A stretch of 62,325 nt of DNA, filler included, from Chiloscyllium plagiosum (lineage: Eukaryota), in the NCBI RefSeq assembly GCF_004010195.1. It is 3 parts of one record of this genome, joined end to end, with 100 filler letters (N's around TTAATTAATTAA, not from the genome) between each part and the next. Parts side by side here need not be neighbours in the genome. Positions count along the whole stretch, not along the records: positions 27,878 to 53,630 come from NC_057717.1; positions 53,731 to 62,325 come from NC_057717.1; 1 more part is not named here. The stretch is one strand, 5' to 3'. Positions 48,865 through 61,934 of this stretch are shown one piece after another. The notes below the pieces were generated by a model. That model saw only the letters and a program-made list of their open reading frames with translations. It ran no database searches and had not been told where the DNA came from. Within the stretch, counting starts at the first letter, position 1; the number at the start of each line of letters is the position of its first letter. The translations under genes and the position numbers were made by a program.

Positions 48865-50540
48865 CAGGTCCCAATCAGGTGGACCCAAGAAATTTGTAGG
48901 AAGCTAAGGAAGTGATTGCTGGGTCCCTTGCTGAGATGTTGTCATCATCAATAGCCACAGGTGAGATGCTGGAAGTCATGAGATTGACTAAAGTTTTGCT
49001 ATTAAACAAAATGGAAAGAAAAAGCCAAGAACTATAGACTGGGGAGCCTGACAAAAGTGGTGGGCACGGTGTTGGAGGGAATCATGAGCTACAGGATTTA
49101 CAAGCATTTGGATCGGCAAGGACTGATTAGGGATCGGCAAAAGTGAGGATTGCAGATGCAACAGATCAGAGTCTAGATCAGAGTGGTACTGGAAAAGCAC
49201 AGCATGTCAGGCAGCATCTGATGAGCATGAAAATCGACGTTCTGGGCAATAGACCTTTATCTGGATAGTGAAATGGGAACGTGCGTGGATAATCATGTTT
49301 CACTAATTTGATTGTTTTTGTTGAGAACTAACGGAGAGGATTGATGAAGGCAGAATTCTGGATGTGATCTATATGGACTTCAGTTAGGCTTTCGACATGG
49401 TTCCCCATGGAGACTGGTTTGCAAGGTTAGATCACATGAAATACAGGGAGAATTACCCAGTTGGATAGAGAACTGGCTCAAAGGTAGAGGACAGAGAGTG
49501 GTGGTGGAGGGTTGTTTTGCAGACTGGAGGCCTGTGACTAGTGGAGTGCTACAAGAATCGGTGGTGGGCCCGCTACTTTTCGTCATTTACATAAATGATT
49601 TCGATATGAATATAGATCAGTTAGTGCGTTTGCAGATGACACCAAAATTGGAGGTATAGTGGCCAGCAAAGAAGGTTACCTCAGATTAAGGCGGGAACTT
49701 AATCAGATGGGCCAATGGACCGAGGAGTGGCAGACAGTGTTTAATTTAGATAAATGTGAGATGCTGCATATTGGAATGGCATATCATGGCAGGACTTATA
49801 CACTTACTGATAAAGTCCTGGGGAGTGTTGCTGAACAAAGTGACCTCAGAGAACAGGTTTATAGTTCCTTGAATGTGGATTTGCAGGTAGATAGGACAGT
49901 GAAGAAAGTATTTGATATGTTATTGGTCAGTGCATTGTGTATATGCATTAGGAGACATGATTGCGACTGTACAAGACATTGGTTCGACCACTTTTGGAAT
50001 GCTGTATGCAATTCTGATCTCCCTGCTCTGTAGGAAGGATATTGTCAAATTTGAAAGGGTTCAAGAAGGGTTTACACTGAAGTTGCCATGGTTGGAGGGT
50101 TTGAATTACAGGGAGAGGATGAATAGGCTGAGCCTATTTTCCCTGGAGAATCAGAGGATGAGGGTTGACGTTAGAGGTTAGTAAAATCATGGGTGCAACG
50201 GGTAAAGTGAATAGTCAAGGTCTTTTCCCTAGGGTAGTGCAGTCAAAAACTAGATGGCAAAGGTGTAAGGTTGGATGGGAAAGACAAAAATGGGCTCTAA
50301 TAGGCAACATCTTCATGTAGAGGATGGTCCGTGTGTAGTGAGCTGCCAGAGGAAGGTATTGAGGCTGGCACAATTACAACATTTAACAGGCATCTGGATG
50401 GACAGATGAATGGGAAGGGTTTAAATGGAAATTGACCATATGCCGGCAAATAGAAGGAGAATAACTTTGGCTATCTGGTTGGTATGGACACGTTGGACCA
50501 ATGGGTCTGTTTCTATGCTATACAGCTCTATGACGCTGTA
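48865..50540 (+). mobile_element. CR1 LINE (paralog of the host element at 33025-37400) with a PLE fragment at ~49140-49270
   Basis: IDEGRILDVIYMDFS, AFADDTKIGG, FNLDKCEMLH. Confidence 0.88.
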
Positions 50541-52080
50541 TCTTTTAAGAAACTTTCTCCTCTTATCGTAAAACAATCCCCCAGTCGAGGGAAAAGACAC
50601 CTACCATTTAACATTATCGAAACCTCTCATGATATTATAAACCTCCACAAGGTTACGTCTCAGCCTCTTATGCACCAGTAGGAAATGTTCGAGGCTGTTG
50701 AGCCTGTCCTTATAATTCAAACACTCCATTCCCAGCAACATCCTGACAAATCTCTTCTGAACGCTTTCAAACTTGATAATATTTTCTATCTAAAAGGGCG
50801 ACAAGAACTGCACACAGTCCTCCAGGACGTGCCTCACGAATGTCCTGTGCAACCTGAACATACCGTCCCAACTCCTGTACTCAAAGGACTGTCAACTGCT
50901 ATTCGTAATTTATATAAATGATTTGCATGTGACCATAGGAGACATAGCTAGTGAGTTTGCAGATGACACCAAAATTGGAGTTGTAGTGAACACTTACGAA
51001 CGTTACACACAGAGTAAAATGGAATCTAGATCAGATGGGCCAATGGACTGAGGAGTGGCAGATGGAGATATATTGAGATAAATGCGAGGTGCTACATTTA
51101 GGAAAAGCAAATCAGAGCAGGACTTATACACTTAATGATACAGTCCTGGAGAGTGTTGCTGAACAAAGAGACCTTGGTGTACAGGTTCCTATTTCCTTGA
51201 AAATAGAGTTGCAGGTAGATAGGATAGTGAAGTAAGTGTCTAATATGCTTTCCTTTATTGTTCAAACCACTGAATACAAGTGTTGGGAGGTCATGTTGCA
51301 GCTGTACAGGACATTGGTTAGGCCACTTTTCAATATTGTGTACAATTCTGGTCTCATTCCTATCGGAAAGATGTTGCGAAACTTGGAAGGGTTCAGAAAA
51401 GATTAACAAGGGCATCGCCAGGGCTGGAGGATTTGAGCTGTAGGGAGAGTAGGAATAGGCTGGGGCTGTTTTCTCTGAATCATAGAGACTGAAAGGTGAA
51501 TTATAGAGGTTTATAAAATCATGAAAGGCTTGCATAGGGAAAATAGACAATGTCTTTTCCCTGGGGTGAGCGAGTCCACAATTAGAGGGCATAGGTTTAG
51601 GATGAGAGGGAAAAGATTTATAAGGGACCTCAGGGGCAATTTCTATGCATAGAGGGTGGTATGTGTATGGAATGAGTTGCCAGAGGCTGGTCAAACTAAA
51701 GTATTTAAAAGACATCTGGATGAGTATATAAATAGTAAAGGTTCTGAGGGATATGGGCAAGTGTTGGCAAAATTGACAAGATTAGGTTAGGGTATCTGGT
51801 CGACATGGACAAGTTGGACCAGAGAGTCTATTTCCCTGCATTACATCTCTATGACTCTATGTCTCTATAATGAAGGTCAACAAATGAAACACCTTCATAA
51901 CCACCCTGTCTACATATGAAGCAAATTTCAAAGAATTATGCCTGAAACTCTAGGTTGCTCTGTTCTACAACACTACCAATGGTTCAACATTTAATTGTAT
52001 ATGTGTTTTTTAGTTTGTTTTACCAAAGTACAATACCTTGCATTTATCAACATTAAACTCCATCTGCAATTATTTTGCCC
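50540..52080. mobile_element. Minus-strand CR1 3' fragment split by a plus-strand CR1 3' fragment (~50900-51865)
   Basis: Minus pieces 50540-50890 and 51870-52080 match 37410-37985; the inserted piece has EFADDTKIG and ends in a CTATGACT-type tail. Confidence 0.8.
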
Positions 52081-52517
52081 AGTAAATGATAATACTGGGG
52101 AAGAAAGGCTGGAAAATAATCAGTTGCCTTGTATCGTTTAACTGTTTTAGGAAGAGGGCAGTCACACGTTAGAGGTGGGAAACAGTGATCGCTGTTTCAG
52201 GCCAAACATTTATGATATCCATTCGAGTTCCTTCACAGTTCAGAGTGTGTCTGCAGGATTTCATTCCCTTATATTGAGGACTACAGATAATAGCCACTTA
52301 AACTGGAAATAATAGCCAACTATTTAAAGATGTTCATAGTTTATCTCGAAGGCAGAGCACATAAACTCGACATCCTACAGTTGAGGCAAGTACCTTGCAT
52401 TTTTTTAACAACGTTACTATTTTAACTGGGTAATTCAGTGAAGTGAACCAGATTTCAATGAATCCCACCGACCTGAAAGCTGGCATTTAAAGTTAAAAAT
52501 TCGGGCATGGTTTAGAT

Positions 52518-52795
52518 CTTGTGTAGTCGGTCGTATCCCTGCCTCTGAGGCAGAGCTCTGGATTCTATACGAATTCCTGAACTTGTCTGGTAGTGTCCCT
52601 AGCTCGAGACCAGATTGTCTGCATTCAGGTGCAGCATGTCAGAACAGGCTGATGAACAAACACACAGGAGAATAATGCTGCAACTTTTGGGGCTATTGTG
52701 GAGTGGTGGTAGTGTCCCTACCTCTGGCCCCAAAAGTCTAGGTTCTAATCCAACTAGAGGTGTTTTATAACACATCTGAATGCGTTGACTAAAAT
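52518..52795 (+). mobile_element. Three degenerate tRNA-derived short SINE heads
   Basis: Repeated GGTAGTGTCCCTA(C)CTCTG..GGTTC motif at ~52520, 52588 and 52698 (A-box/B-box-like). Confidence 0.4.
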
Positions 52796-52949
52796 GATTT
52801 TAAAATTGTGGTTTGATCGAGATGGATGAGGTGTCAGTATTGAATTTCAGAGTTTAAGCCCCGGATGACTGAAAGTACAGACCCTGGGTGGGAGGCTCAT
52901 TTTCACCTTCTAGAGGTTTATAAATTCATGAAGTGCATGGATAGGGGGT

Positions 52950-53125
52950 GAGTAGTATGGCCAATTCACATAACCTGCACAATTTTGGACTGTGGGAGGA
53001 AACCCACGGAGACACAGCGAGAATATCCAAACTCCACACAGTCAGTCATCTAAGCCAGGAATCAAACCCAGGTCCTTGGTACTGTAAGGCAGTAGTGCTA
53101 ACCACTGAGCAACTGCTCCACCCAA
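52950..53125 (-). mobile_element. HE1-type SINE, 5' part
   Basis: Minus: GCTCAGTGGTTAGCACTACTGCCTTACAG..GACCTGGGTTTGATTCC..TGTGTGGAGTTTG. Confidence 0.8.
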
Positions 53126-53630
53126 GCAGGGCACGATTAATTTCAGAAATCAGGTTGGCATGGACGAGTTAGTCAAAAGTGTTTGCTTCGGTGCTGTACA
53201 ACTCTTAAGATTCATCAAGCCATTTGATCTCGGTCCCTGTGTAATCTTCATTGTCCAGTATACAGCCAAACTTGGTTTCATCCACAATCTCTCTAACCAC
53301 GCCTTCTATAATTCTCATCTGAATCATTTGCATAAATGTCAAACAAAAATGGATTGAGCAGAAGTCCCTGTGGAACACCACTGTGCACAGTGTCACAAAG
53401 CTGGTCCCTTTTCTCTCAAAGCGTCTTTTTCGCAAAGATACTGTGTCTTTGACTTTTTTTTTCCAGAGGAGTCGGAAATAGTTCCCAGCTCCAAGGTGAC
53501 TGGTTTGGTACAGAGATTAAACGGTTTTGTGATTAAAGGTATAATGAAAGGGGAGTGGTCAGCTCTTGAGGTGAGCAGTTCAGTCAACAACCAGTTCAGC
53601 TGTGTGGACAGGCTCTCTCTCTCTCTCTCT

Positions 53631-53730
53631 NNNNNNNNNNNNNNNNNNNNNNNNNNNNNNNNNNNNNNNNNNNNTTAATTAATTAANNNNNNNNNNNNNN
53701 NNNNNNNNNNNNNNNNNNNNNNNNNNNNNN
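53631..53730. other. Artificial scaffold join: 44 N + TTAATTAATTAA + 44 N
   Basis: Same structure as 27778-27877. Confidence 0.95.
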
Positions 53731-53934
53731 TCATATTTGAGAAACTGATTGGGAAATAAATTATGGCGCAGCAATGCCTGCAGTGAATTTGGATTATCAG
53801 AAACATTTTTGAGGAAATCCCAAGTCTAGTGTTGTGACAATGCTACTCCTTTAACAAGTTTATTCTGTCCTTGTTTTATTTTTCATGGATGTCTTAAAAG
53901 CAGCAAATCCAAAAAGTCTGGGTTTGACTACTTG

Positions 53935-56324
53935 GGAATGCTTTCAAGTCTAAAATAAAAGCACGCATAATGAGGAGCAAGGTATCGTAGGTCTGGTCAT
54001 GTACAATGAGACAAGAATAAGTATTCACATCATAGTGAAAGAGTGATCACAGTATGGTTGAATTTAGAATACAGTTGGAGAGAAGATAAAATCCAATAAC
54101 GAGTAGCTGTGCTTCAGCAAGGGAGACTACAATAGAATGAGGGAGGAGTTGGCTAAAGTCGCCTCGAAATAAATACTTCATGATGGGAGATTTGACAAGC
54201 AGTGGACAACTTTCAAATGAGATTTTTAATTTCCGTGGCAAAAGTATATTCCAGTGAAAAGAAAAGACTCTCAGAAAATGGGTAATCTGTCAATTGTGTC
54301 GAAGGAAATAAGGGACGCTATTAAATTGAAAGAGAAGGAATGCGAAGTGGCCAAGAATAGCAGAAACCTAAAAGATTGGGGAAAAGGTGAACAGAAAGCC
54401 ACAAAATGAACTATAAAGAAAAGTATGATAGCACACGAGAGAAAAAAAAAACAAGTACAGAATATAAATATAGATAGATGATGGTATATACTATAAATGC
54501 ATAAAATGTAAAAGCATGACTCGAGTAAATGTTGTTCCTTCAGAGGATGGGAAGGGTCATTTAGCTATAAGATATGACGAAATGGCCGAGGCATTGAACA
54601 GCTGTTTTGTATCTGTCATCATAGTGGAGGTCACTAATGGCATGCTAGTGATTGTCAAAGAGACGAAGGTAGGTGAGGACCTTGGAAACATTCATTATTA
54701 TGGAAGAGAGAGTGTTGCGCAAGCTAACGGACCTGAGGGTAGGCAAGTCTCCTGGCCCTGATGGAATGCATCCCAGGGTTCTAGAAGAGGTGTGGGAAAA
54801 ATAGTAAATGCAATTGTGGCAATTTGATAGAATTTGCTGAACTCCAGGCCAGTCCCAGCAGATTGGAAAACAGCAAATGTGATGCCACTGGTTAAAAAGT
54901 GAGGTAAACAAAGTATGGGGAATTATAGACCAGTTAGCTTTTCCTGTGTAGTGAGGAAACTGCTTGAGTGTATTATCAAGGAAGAAATAGCAAAGCATTT
55001 CGATAGAAATACTTCCATTACGCAGACGCAGCATGGGTTCATCAATAACAGGTCATGTTTAACAAGTCTTTTGGAAATCTAAGAAGACAATACGAGCAAG
55101 GTGAACAATGAGGCCCCGGTGGCTATGGTGTACCTAAATTTCCAAAATGTCTTCAACAAGTTGCCGCACAAGAAGCTGCTGCATAAGAAAAAGGTGCAAG
55201 ACGTTACAGGTCAATTATTGGCATAGACAGAGGGTTGCTTGACTAACAGGAAGCAAATTGTGAGTGTAAGTGAGTGATATTCTGGCTGGCAATCAATACC
55301 TAGTGGTGTGCCTCAGGGATCGGTGTTGGGGCCACAATTATTCACAATTTATATAGATGATTTGGTGTTGAGGAAAACGTGTAAAGTGTCAAGGTTTGCA
55401 GATGACACGAAGATGCGTTTCATAGCAAAGCATGCAGAGGACTGTGAGAATTCATGGATCAACATAGCTACTTTGAGTAAGTGGGTAAAGATCTGGCAGA
55501 GGGAATACAAAGTTGATAAATGTGATATCATCCTTTTTTGTTGGGAGTGGCAGCAAAAAGGATTATTACTTGAATGGTAAAACGTTGCAGCATGCTGTTA
55601 TACAGAGGGACCTGCTTGTCCATGTGCATGAATCACAGAAGGTTGGTCTGCAGGTACAGCAATTCCTGAGGAAAGCAAATGGAATGTTGCCCTTCATTGC
55701 GAAAGGGATTGAGGTGAAAGGCAGGGAGGTTATGTTGCAGCTGTCCAGGGTGCTGGTGAGGCCACACCTGGAGTACTGCATGCTGTTTTGTTCTCCTTAC
55801 TTCAGGAAGGGTATACTGGCACTGGAGAGGGTGCAGAGGTGGTTTATTCGGATGATTCCAGAGGTGAGGGGATTGGCTTATGAGGTGTGACTAAGCAGAC
55901 TGGAACTATATTCATTGGAATTTAGAAGAATGAGGGGATGATCTCATAGAAACATATAAGATTATGCAGGGAGTATACAAGAGAGAAGTAGAGAGGATGT
56001 TTCCACTGGCAGGTGAAGCTAGGACAAGAGGGAATGGCCTCAATATTAGAGGGAGTAGATTTAGGATTGAAATGAGAAGGAATCTCTTCACCCAGAGGTT
56101 TGTAATCTCTGGAATTCCCTGCCCAGTTAAGTAGTCGATACTACTTCAGTAAATGTATTTAAAACTAAGGTAAATACTGTTTGAACAATACAGTAAGTAA
56201 GGGATACGGTAAGAGCGCTGGAAAGTAGATCAGAGGCCACGAGTATATCAGTCATGACCTTATTGATTGGCAGAGGACCAGACTGCCTACTCCTGCTCCT
56301 AGTTCTTCTGTTCTTCTGTTCTTA
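53935..56324 (+). mobile_element. CR1 LINE ORF2, decayed
   Basis: VPQGSVLGPQLFTIYIDDL..SRFADDTK; LVRPHLEYC; ends in (GTTCTTCT)n. Confidence 0.92.
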
Positions 56325-56809
56325 TGAAAAGGGGAGTGGCCAGTTATCCCAGTTCAGCTCCTCTGCTTTGGTTTGTTTGGTCTGATTTTTCACAGCCTGG
56401 CTGTTTACTCAAAGCAGGCAGCAGTTGTGAAGCTACCAGAACCAAAGAAGCAGGTCCATGTTGTTCCTCCCTCTCTCTGATATCTCTCCTGTTAGAAACT
56501 GGGTTTGATTTTTTACTTTCCTTTCAGTTTTGCCATGGACTGCTTATCGGGATTATATCAAGTATTTGGAACACGATCATTAAGTTGGGATAATCCGTTG
56601 GGTTTTCGGATCGGTTAAGTTGTTCTGTATTGTTTGCGTCTCACTCAGTAACCTTGCAAAGACATTCTGTTTTGATTAAAACTAAGTGATTTGACCAGCT
56701 GCATCACCCCTGGAATATCCGCCTTACACTTGCTTAAGTCAATGAGCAAAAGTTCGGTCTGTGCTACTTCCTTGAAATGATTTGAGGGAGTCTGTCCTGG
56801 CCCATAACA
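56325..56809 (+). mobile_element. Gypsy LTR fragment
   Basis: Ends ..GGCCCATAACA like the other LTRs here; shares AAGGGGAGTGG with the LTR-like piece at 53430-53630. Confidence 0.55.
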
Positions 56810-57379
56810 GTGTGTAACAGCTAGATCTAATACACTGGCATGGGTTGAGAATAGAAGACCTGACAGGAAAAAGTGAATTAAATTAGCATAAACCGTTCCA
56901 TATATTTTGCAGTAGAAAGCAATGACTAGCGGGATACTCCAGGAATTGATGTTTGGGCCCCATTTATTCAGAAAACAGATCAAACATTTGTTCATGGGTA
57001 TTAAATGTAATCTTTTCAAATTTGCTGATGGTAACAAACTGAGATTGTGAGTGGGTGAGGAGGATATAAAAAAGTTTCAAGGTGATTGAGACAAATGGAC
57101 AAAATGATAAAATAAGTGGCAGATGAACAACAATGTGGATAGACGTAACATTGAGCAATTTGGTAGGAAATAGATGAACAGGCTCGCATTTCAAAAGGAA
57201 TTCATGGAAAAAAGTTGCTGCATGAAGATACTTACGTGTATACTTTTGTTGACTTCATCACCACCAAACTCCAAGGTCAGTGCAGGGCAGTTAGCCAGAA
57301 GTCAAGACTGGGATTGACCCATATACCAATATATATAGACCCACCAAGTATAGAGCTCTATCATTGAAAAGAATCTCGA

Positions 57380-58045
57380 CGCCTTTGTACACCAGTCACA
57401 GAAAGCAATACTGCTGCAACAGAAAGTAGGTAGAAAGTTAAATGATGTATTGACCTTCATTTCCGAGGGATTTGAGCCCAGGTGTGTCTTACTGCAGCTA
57501 CACAGGGCCTTGGTGAGCCCCCATATCGAACATTGTGCAGTATTGTGTGCAGTATTGGTTTCCTTATCTAATAAAGCACAAACCTGACATTGAGGGAGTG
57601 CAGTGAAGGATGACCAGACTGATCTCTGGGATGACAGACGTGTTGAGGGAGCAGAGTTTGGGGCAACTGGGCCTATATTCCATGGACTTTAGGAAAATGG
57701 AGATCTCAGTGAAATATATAAAACTCTGACAGGGTGAAACAGATTGTCAGTGGGGATGATAATTCCACTGGCTGAGACGTCGAAAACAAGGGTCACAGTA
57801 TTAGGTACAGGCAAGCCACTCTGCATTGAGATGAGAATAAATGTCTGCATTCGCAGACTGGGGAATCTTGGGAATTATGTCCCACATAAGACTGTGGAAA
57901 CTGAGGCACTGAATATAAATAAGGATTTCTAGACACTAAACGGGTGAAGTTGCAGCAGGAGTTTGGTGTGGAGATATAGGATCAGCCATTGTTATATTGA
58001 ATGGGAGAGCAAGATTGACGGACCAAAGTTCCTACTTCATATTTC
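57380..58045 (+). mobile_element. CR1 3' fragment, inverted paralog of 4720-5390
   Basis: Shares the private duplication CATTGTGCAGTATTGTGTGCAGT. Confidence 0.85.
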
Positions 58046-58248
58046 TCTGATATATGAACATTTCAAAGGATATATAGTATATAGTGTTAGGCAAAGCAAA
58101 TTGAAGAGTTGTTTGGCCATAACTTAGAGTGGGGAAGGCTCAATTTGTTGAAAGGCCTACTCATTTTGCGATATTTCTGTGCAGTCTGTGGGATATCTCT
58201 GTTAATGTTGTCATACGCTCTCATTAGCCTGCTTGGCACACCCTCCTC

Positions 58249-58284
58249 ATTCCTGAAGAAGGGCTTATGCCCGAAACGTCGATT
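58249..58284 (+). ncRNA. Minimal type-I hammerhead ribozyme motif in a PLE family-1 terminal fragment (~58205-58341)
   Basis: AUUC-CUGAAGA-A-GGGC-UUAU-GCCC-GAAAC-GUC-GAUU: CUGANGA and GAAA cores, perfect stem II, palindromic ACGU stem III, GUC cleavage triplet. Confidence 0.75.
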
Positions 58285-58659
58285 CTCCTTCTCCTTTGAT
58301 GCTGCCTGACCTGCTGCGCTTTTCCAGCAACACATTTTTAAGCTCTGATCCCCAGCATCTGNNNNNNNNNNNNNNNNNNNNNNNNNNNNNNNNNNNNNNN
58401 NNNNNNNNNNNNNNNNNNNNNNNNNNNNNNNNNNNNNNNNNNNNNNNNNNNNNNNNNNNNNNNNNNNNNNNNNNNNNNNNNNNNNNNNNNNNNNNNNNNN
58501 NNNNNNNNNNNATATTCTATTAATTATATCTAACTTCCACCAGCTGCCAGAGCATTATTTTGGTCTGGATTAGTAATCCAGTGACATTTCCACAGCAACA
58601 CCGTCTCCACATGGGGGCCTATCGGAAACAGCACTGTGCAAGTTACTTCTGTGCTGGTC

Positions 58660-59060
58660 GACAGCTCCGTCAAAAAATTCCCACCAATTTGATTATCGTG
58701 ATGGGACTGAGGGGGTGGTAATTGGTCAGATTGTAATTATTCTTCTCTTAGGGACGGGACACTTTTGTGTAATTTTCGGCATTGCCAGGGAGGTGTCAGA
58801 GTTGGAGCTGGAATGAAACAGCTTCCACAGAGACACGGCTTGTTGTGCAGCACAAGTCTTTAGTTCTATTGCAGAAATGGTGTCAGGGCCCATTCCCTTT
58901 GTCATATCTACTGTGTTCAGCTGCTTCTTCATGTTACGTGCAGCAAATCGAATTGTTCGAAGTCTAGCATCTGTAATTCTGTGGGGATCATCCAAGCAAC
59001 ACTTCTGGCTGAGGATGGCGTATACACTGCATCCTTGTCTTTTACACTGATGGGCAGGAA
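58660..59060 (-). mobile_element. CR1/L2-group LINE fragment, inverted paralog of 3640-4065
   Basis: KGMGPDTISAIELKTCAA..KLF..CPVPK. Confidence 0.8.
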
Positions 59061-59099
59061 GGTTCCATCTTTTTCGGTGAGTGGTCAAGCTCTAGCTGA

Positions 59100-59420
59100 G
59101 TGGTGATGCAGCAGACGGGTTAGTCTCACTAACCCCAGGAATGATCTGGTGACCTGAGTTCGAATCCGTTTACAGTACATGATGGAATTCAAATCCAATA
59201 AATGTTTGGGATTAAGAGGCTAATAATGATCATGAATCGATTGCTGATTGTGGGAGAATTCGATTTGGTTCACTGATGTCCTTTAGGGAAAGAAACTGCT
59301 GTCATCCATACCTGCTCTGGCCCACATGTAACTCCAGACACACAGCAATATCATCGACTCTTAACAGTCCTCTGGGCAATAAATGCTGACCTAGTAAGCG
59401 ACGCCCTATTCCCAATGCAT
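59100..59420 (+). mobile_element. DeuSINE/SacSINE-like SINE
   Basis: B-box GTTCGAATCC, body GGTTCACTGATGTCCTTTAGGGAA, and a tail GCAATAAATGCTG shared with the LINE 3' end at ~6040. Confidence 0.6.
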
Positions 59421-60010
59421 ATTGTTTTCAAATAATACTTGTGGAGTCATTTTCTCTCGTCAGTTGTTCCATGGTTCAACTCCATTTCTGATGGATGTGC
59501 CAGGACTGCAGAGCTTCGATCTGATCTGTTTGCTTTGTAATCATTTTGCCCTCTCGATCAGATATTAGTCCTGCTGTTTGGAATGTAAATACAGTAGCCA
59601 GTGTGATAGCTTTAAATAGATTGTCATCAGTTTGGGGTACACATGGTTCTGACTCTGGTATATTCACCCACAATCATCAATGAAACATCGATCCGATAAT
59701 GGAAATAATAGCATGAAAGATTAGACTGGGCAAAACGTTACAGGTTGTAACTGAATACAATTCTCCTTCTTTCCAGCTGTGATCTACAGTACCACATGAA
59801 TTTCCAGGTTTGAGCTGCAATTTCTGCAATGCAATTCAGCTGTCTGTCCCCCAGTTCACACCGAGAGCCATTCACCCATCACCCCGTGACCTACCCTGTT
59901 TACTGATGTGGTAACACTTCCCTTTTAATATTTTCATTCCTCTGAGTGTCTGTCCAGGGTGTCAAAGCACTTATTTGTCGTGTTTCTGAAGACCCCTAAA
60001 TATTTTCCGT

Positions 60011-60338
60011 GGGGCAGCACCGTGGCTCAGTGTTAGCGATGCCGCCTCACAGCGCTGGGGACCCAGGTCCGATTCCATCCTCTGGCAACTATTTTGCACA
60101 TTTTCCCTGTATCTGTGTGAGTTTTTTCTGCATGCTCCGGTTCCCACCCACAATCCAAAAATGTGCAGGTTATTGACCTTGCTGAACTGCCTATAGTGTT
60201 CAGGAATGTGCAGATTAGGTCCATTAGTCTGGGGTAAATATAGGATAGGGCAATGGGTCTGGTTGAATTAGTCTTCAGAGAATCGGTGTGGACTTGGTGG
60301 GCCGAAGGGCCTGTTTCCACACTGTAACGATTCCATAT
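60011..60338 (+). mobile_element. Full-length HE1-type SINE
   Basis: tRNA-like head GGCAGCACCGTGGCTCAGTG..GACCCAGGTCCGATTCC and CR1-derived tail GGGCCGAAGGGCCTGTTTCC. Confidence 0.85.
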
Positions 60339-61934
60339 CTATTTTCATCTGAATCTTTTCCGTCCAGTCGTGCCACTTTCGGTTTTAACATTTTAACTGT
60401 TTCTCTCTGTTTCTCTCCATGCCCTTGAGTAAGAACTTTGTAGTATCAATGATGCTGTATATCAAAGTGTGAATAGGAGAAATGGTTTCTCTCTATTGAG
60501 TGCAAGGTAACAATGACATAGACAAGGTCATAGGGAAACCAGGAAGCAGAATGTATGTAAAATGGAGAACAGCCATAATGGGTTCAGACTGTTAAGTTAT
60601 GGAAATGAATGTTAGCTCCGACGGGCTGTAAAGTACAATCCATAAAGTGAGGTGTTACTCGAGCTTGGGTTGTGCTTCATTGGAACATTGCAGCAGCTCA
60701 GGACCGAAAAGTCAGCATGAGAGCAAGGAAGGTTATTGAAATGGGAAGCAGTGAGAAGGTCAAGGTTATTCCTCCAGATGGAGTGGGAATATTCCTCAGT
60801 GCAGTCTCTGTTTGGTCTCCCCAGTGTAAAGGAGACTGCATTATGAGGAGCAGACAGGAAGACAGGAAAACTGGGTTGAAAGAGTACAAGTGAAATATTG
60901 CTTCACCGGGGAATTGTGATTGAGTCAGTCTCCGCTTTTCATATGTTCAGCCACATGCAGAAGTTCCCGAATGATTGAATAGAACCAGACATCTAACTTG
61001 AGGATTTCTGTCTCACATCTGGTCTGAGTCGTGATGTGGAATTGGCAAGTAGGAAGGTCAGTGAGTATACACGGGCAGATATTCAAGCAAATATCCCATA
61101 CTGCTCAGAAATTATTGTTTCCGTTCGAAAAGAAGGAGTCGAAAGAAGATGAACCACCCGTGGTTCACAAAGTCTGTCAAGGATACTATTTAATGACAAA
61201 TTAACGAGCATTAGAGTGTGCTCAGATTTAAGACATTTATTTCAGGGACCAGACACAGATGCGAGGTAAGAATTTCAATTGTGCTTCCGAAATTACGCAC
61301 TGAAATCCCTGCCATTGTTGCTCCATCCTCTTTCCTGCTTGTTTACCCTTTCTGATTCCAGGTTCTCCCTTTCCAAATACTGAGCACATTCTGTCACATT
61401 CTGGTCCCTTTCCACTACAACTGAAGTTCTTTGGTCAAGTCTACCTTCCTTGCAGTAGCATCAAGCTACGTTTGTGCTGCCACTTTGCCTCTGGCCTCAG
61501 CTTGGTTCGGCCTCTCCATTCATGCTGTTTTACACCTCCCACTCACACCTCACTCTGGAAAGTCTCCTTCTTGGAGTAAATTTTATTGAAAACCTCTCTT
61601 CCCCTTTGCACTGAATAATCCAAATTTCAAGAAGTATTCATGCCTTCATCTCACTGTGCTAAATGCAACTGCACCTTGACCGTGTGGTATAACAATTCCC
61701 TTTCTTATATAGCTCTGGCCAGAGAAACGTTTTCACTGTAGACATCATCACACCCTTTAGACAAAGGAATTTATTTTCTTGACGTCTTATTGGCACTAGT
61801 AAGAGTTTCACGCTGCCTTAGTATTGTAACATGGAGAAGAATAAATCACAATATGAAGTTTGGGCTGAGTGTTCTTTACCTGTCATTTTTTAAAATATTG
61901 TTTCAAATTTGCAATGCTGATTAGTAAATGCTTG

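Noticed and set aside
60011..60085. tRNA gene
   Set aside because: It is the tRNA-derived head of an HE1 SINE and continues into SINE body and tail.
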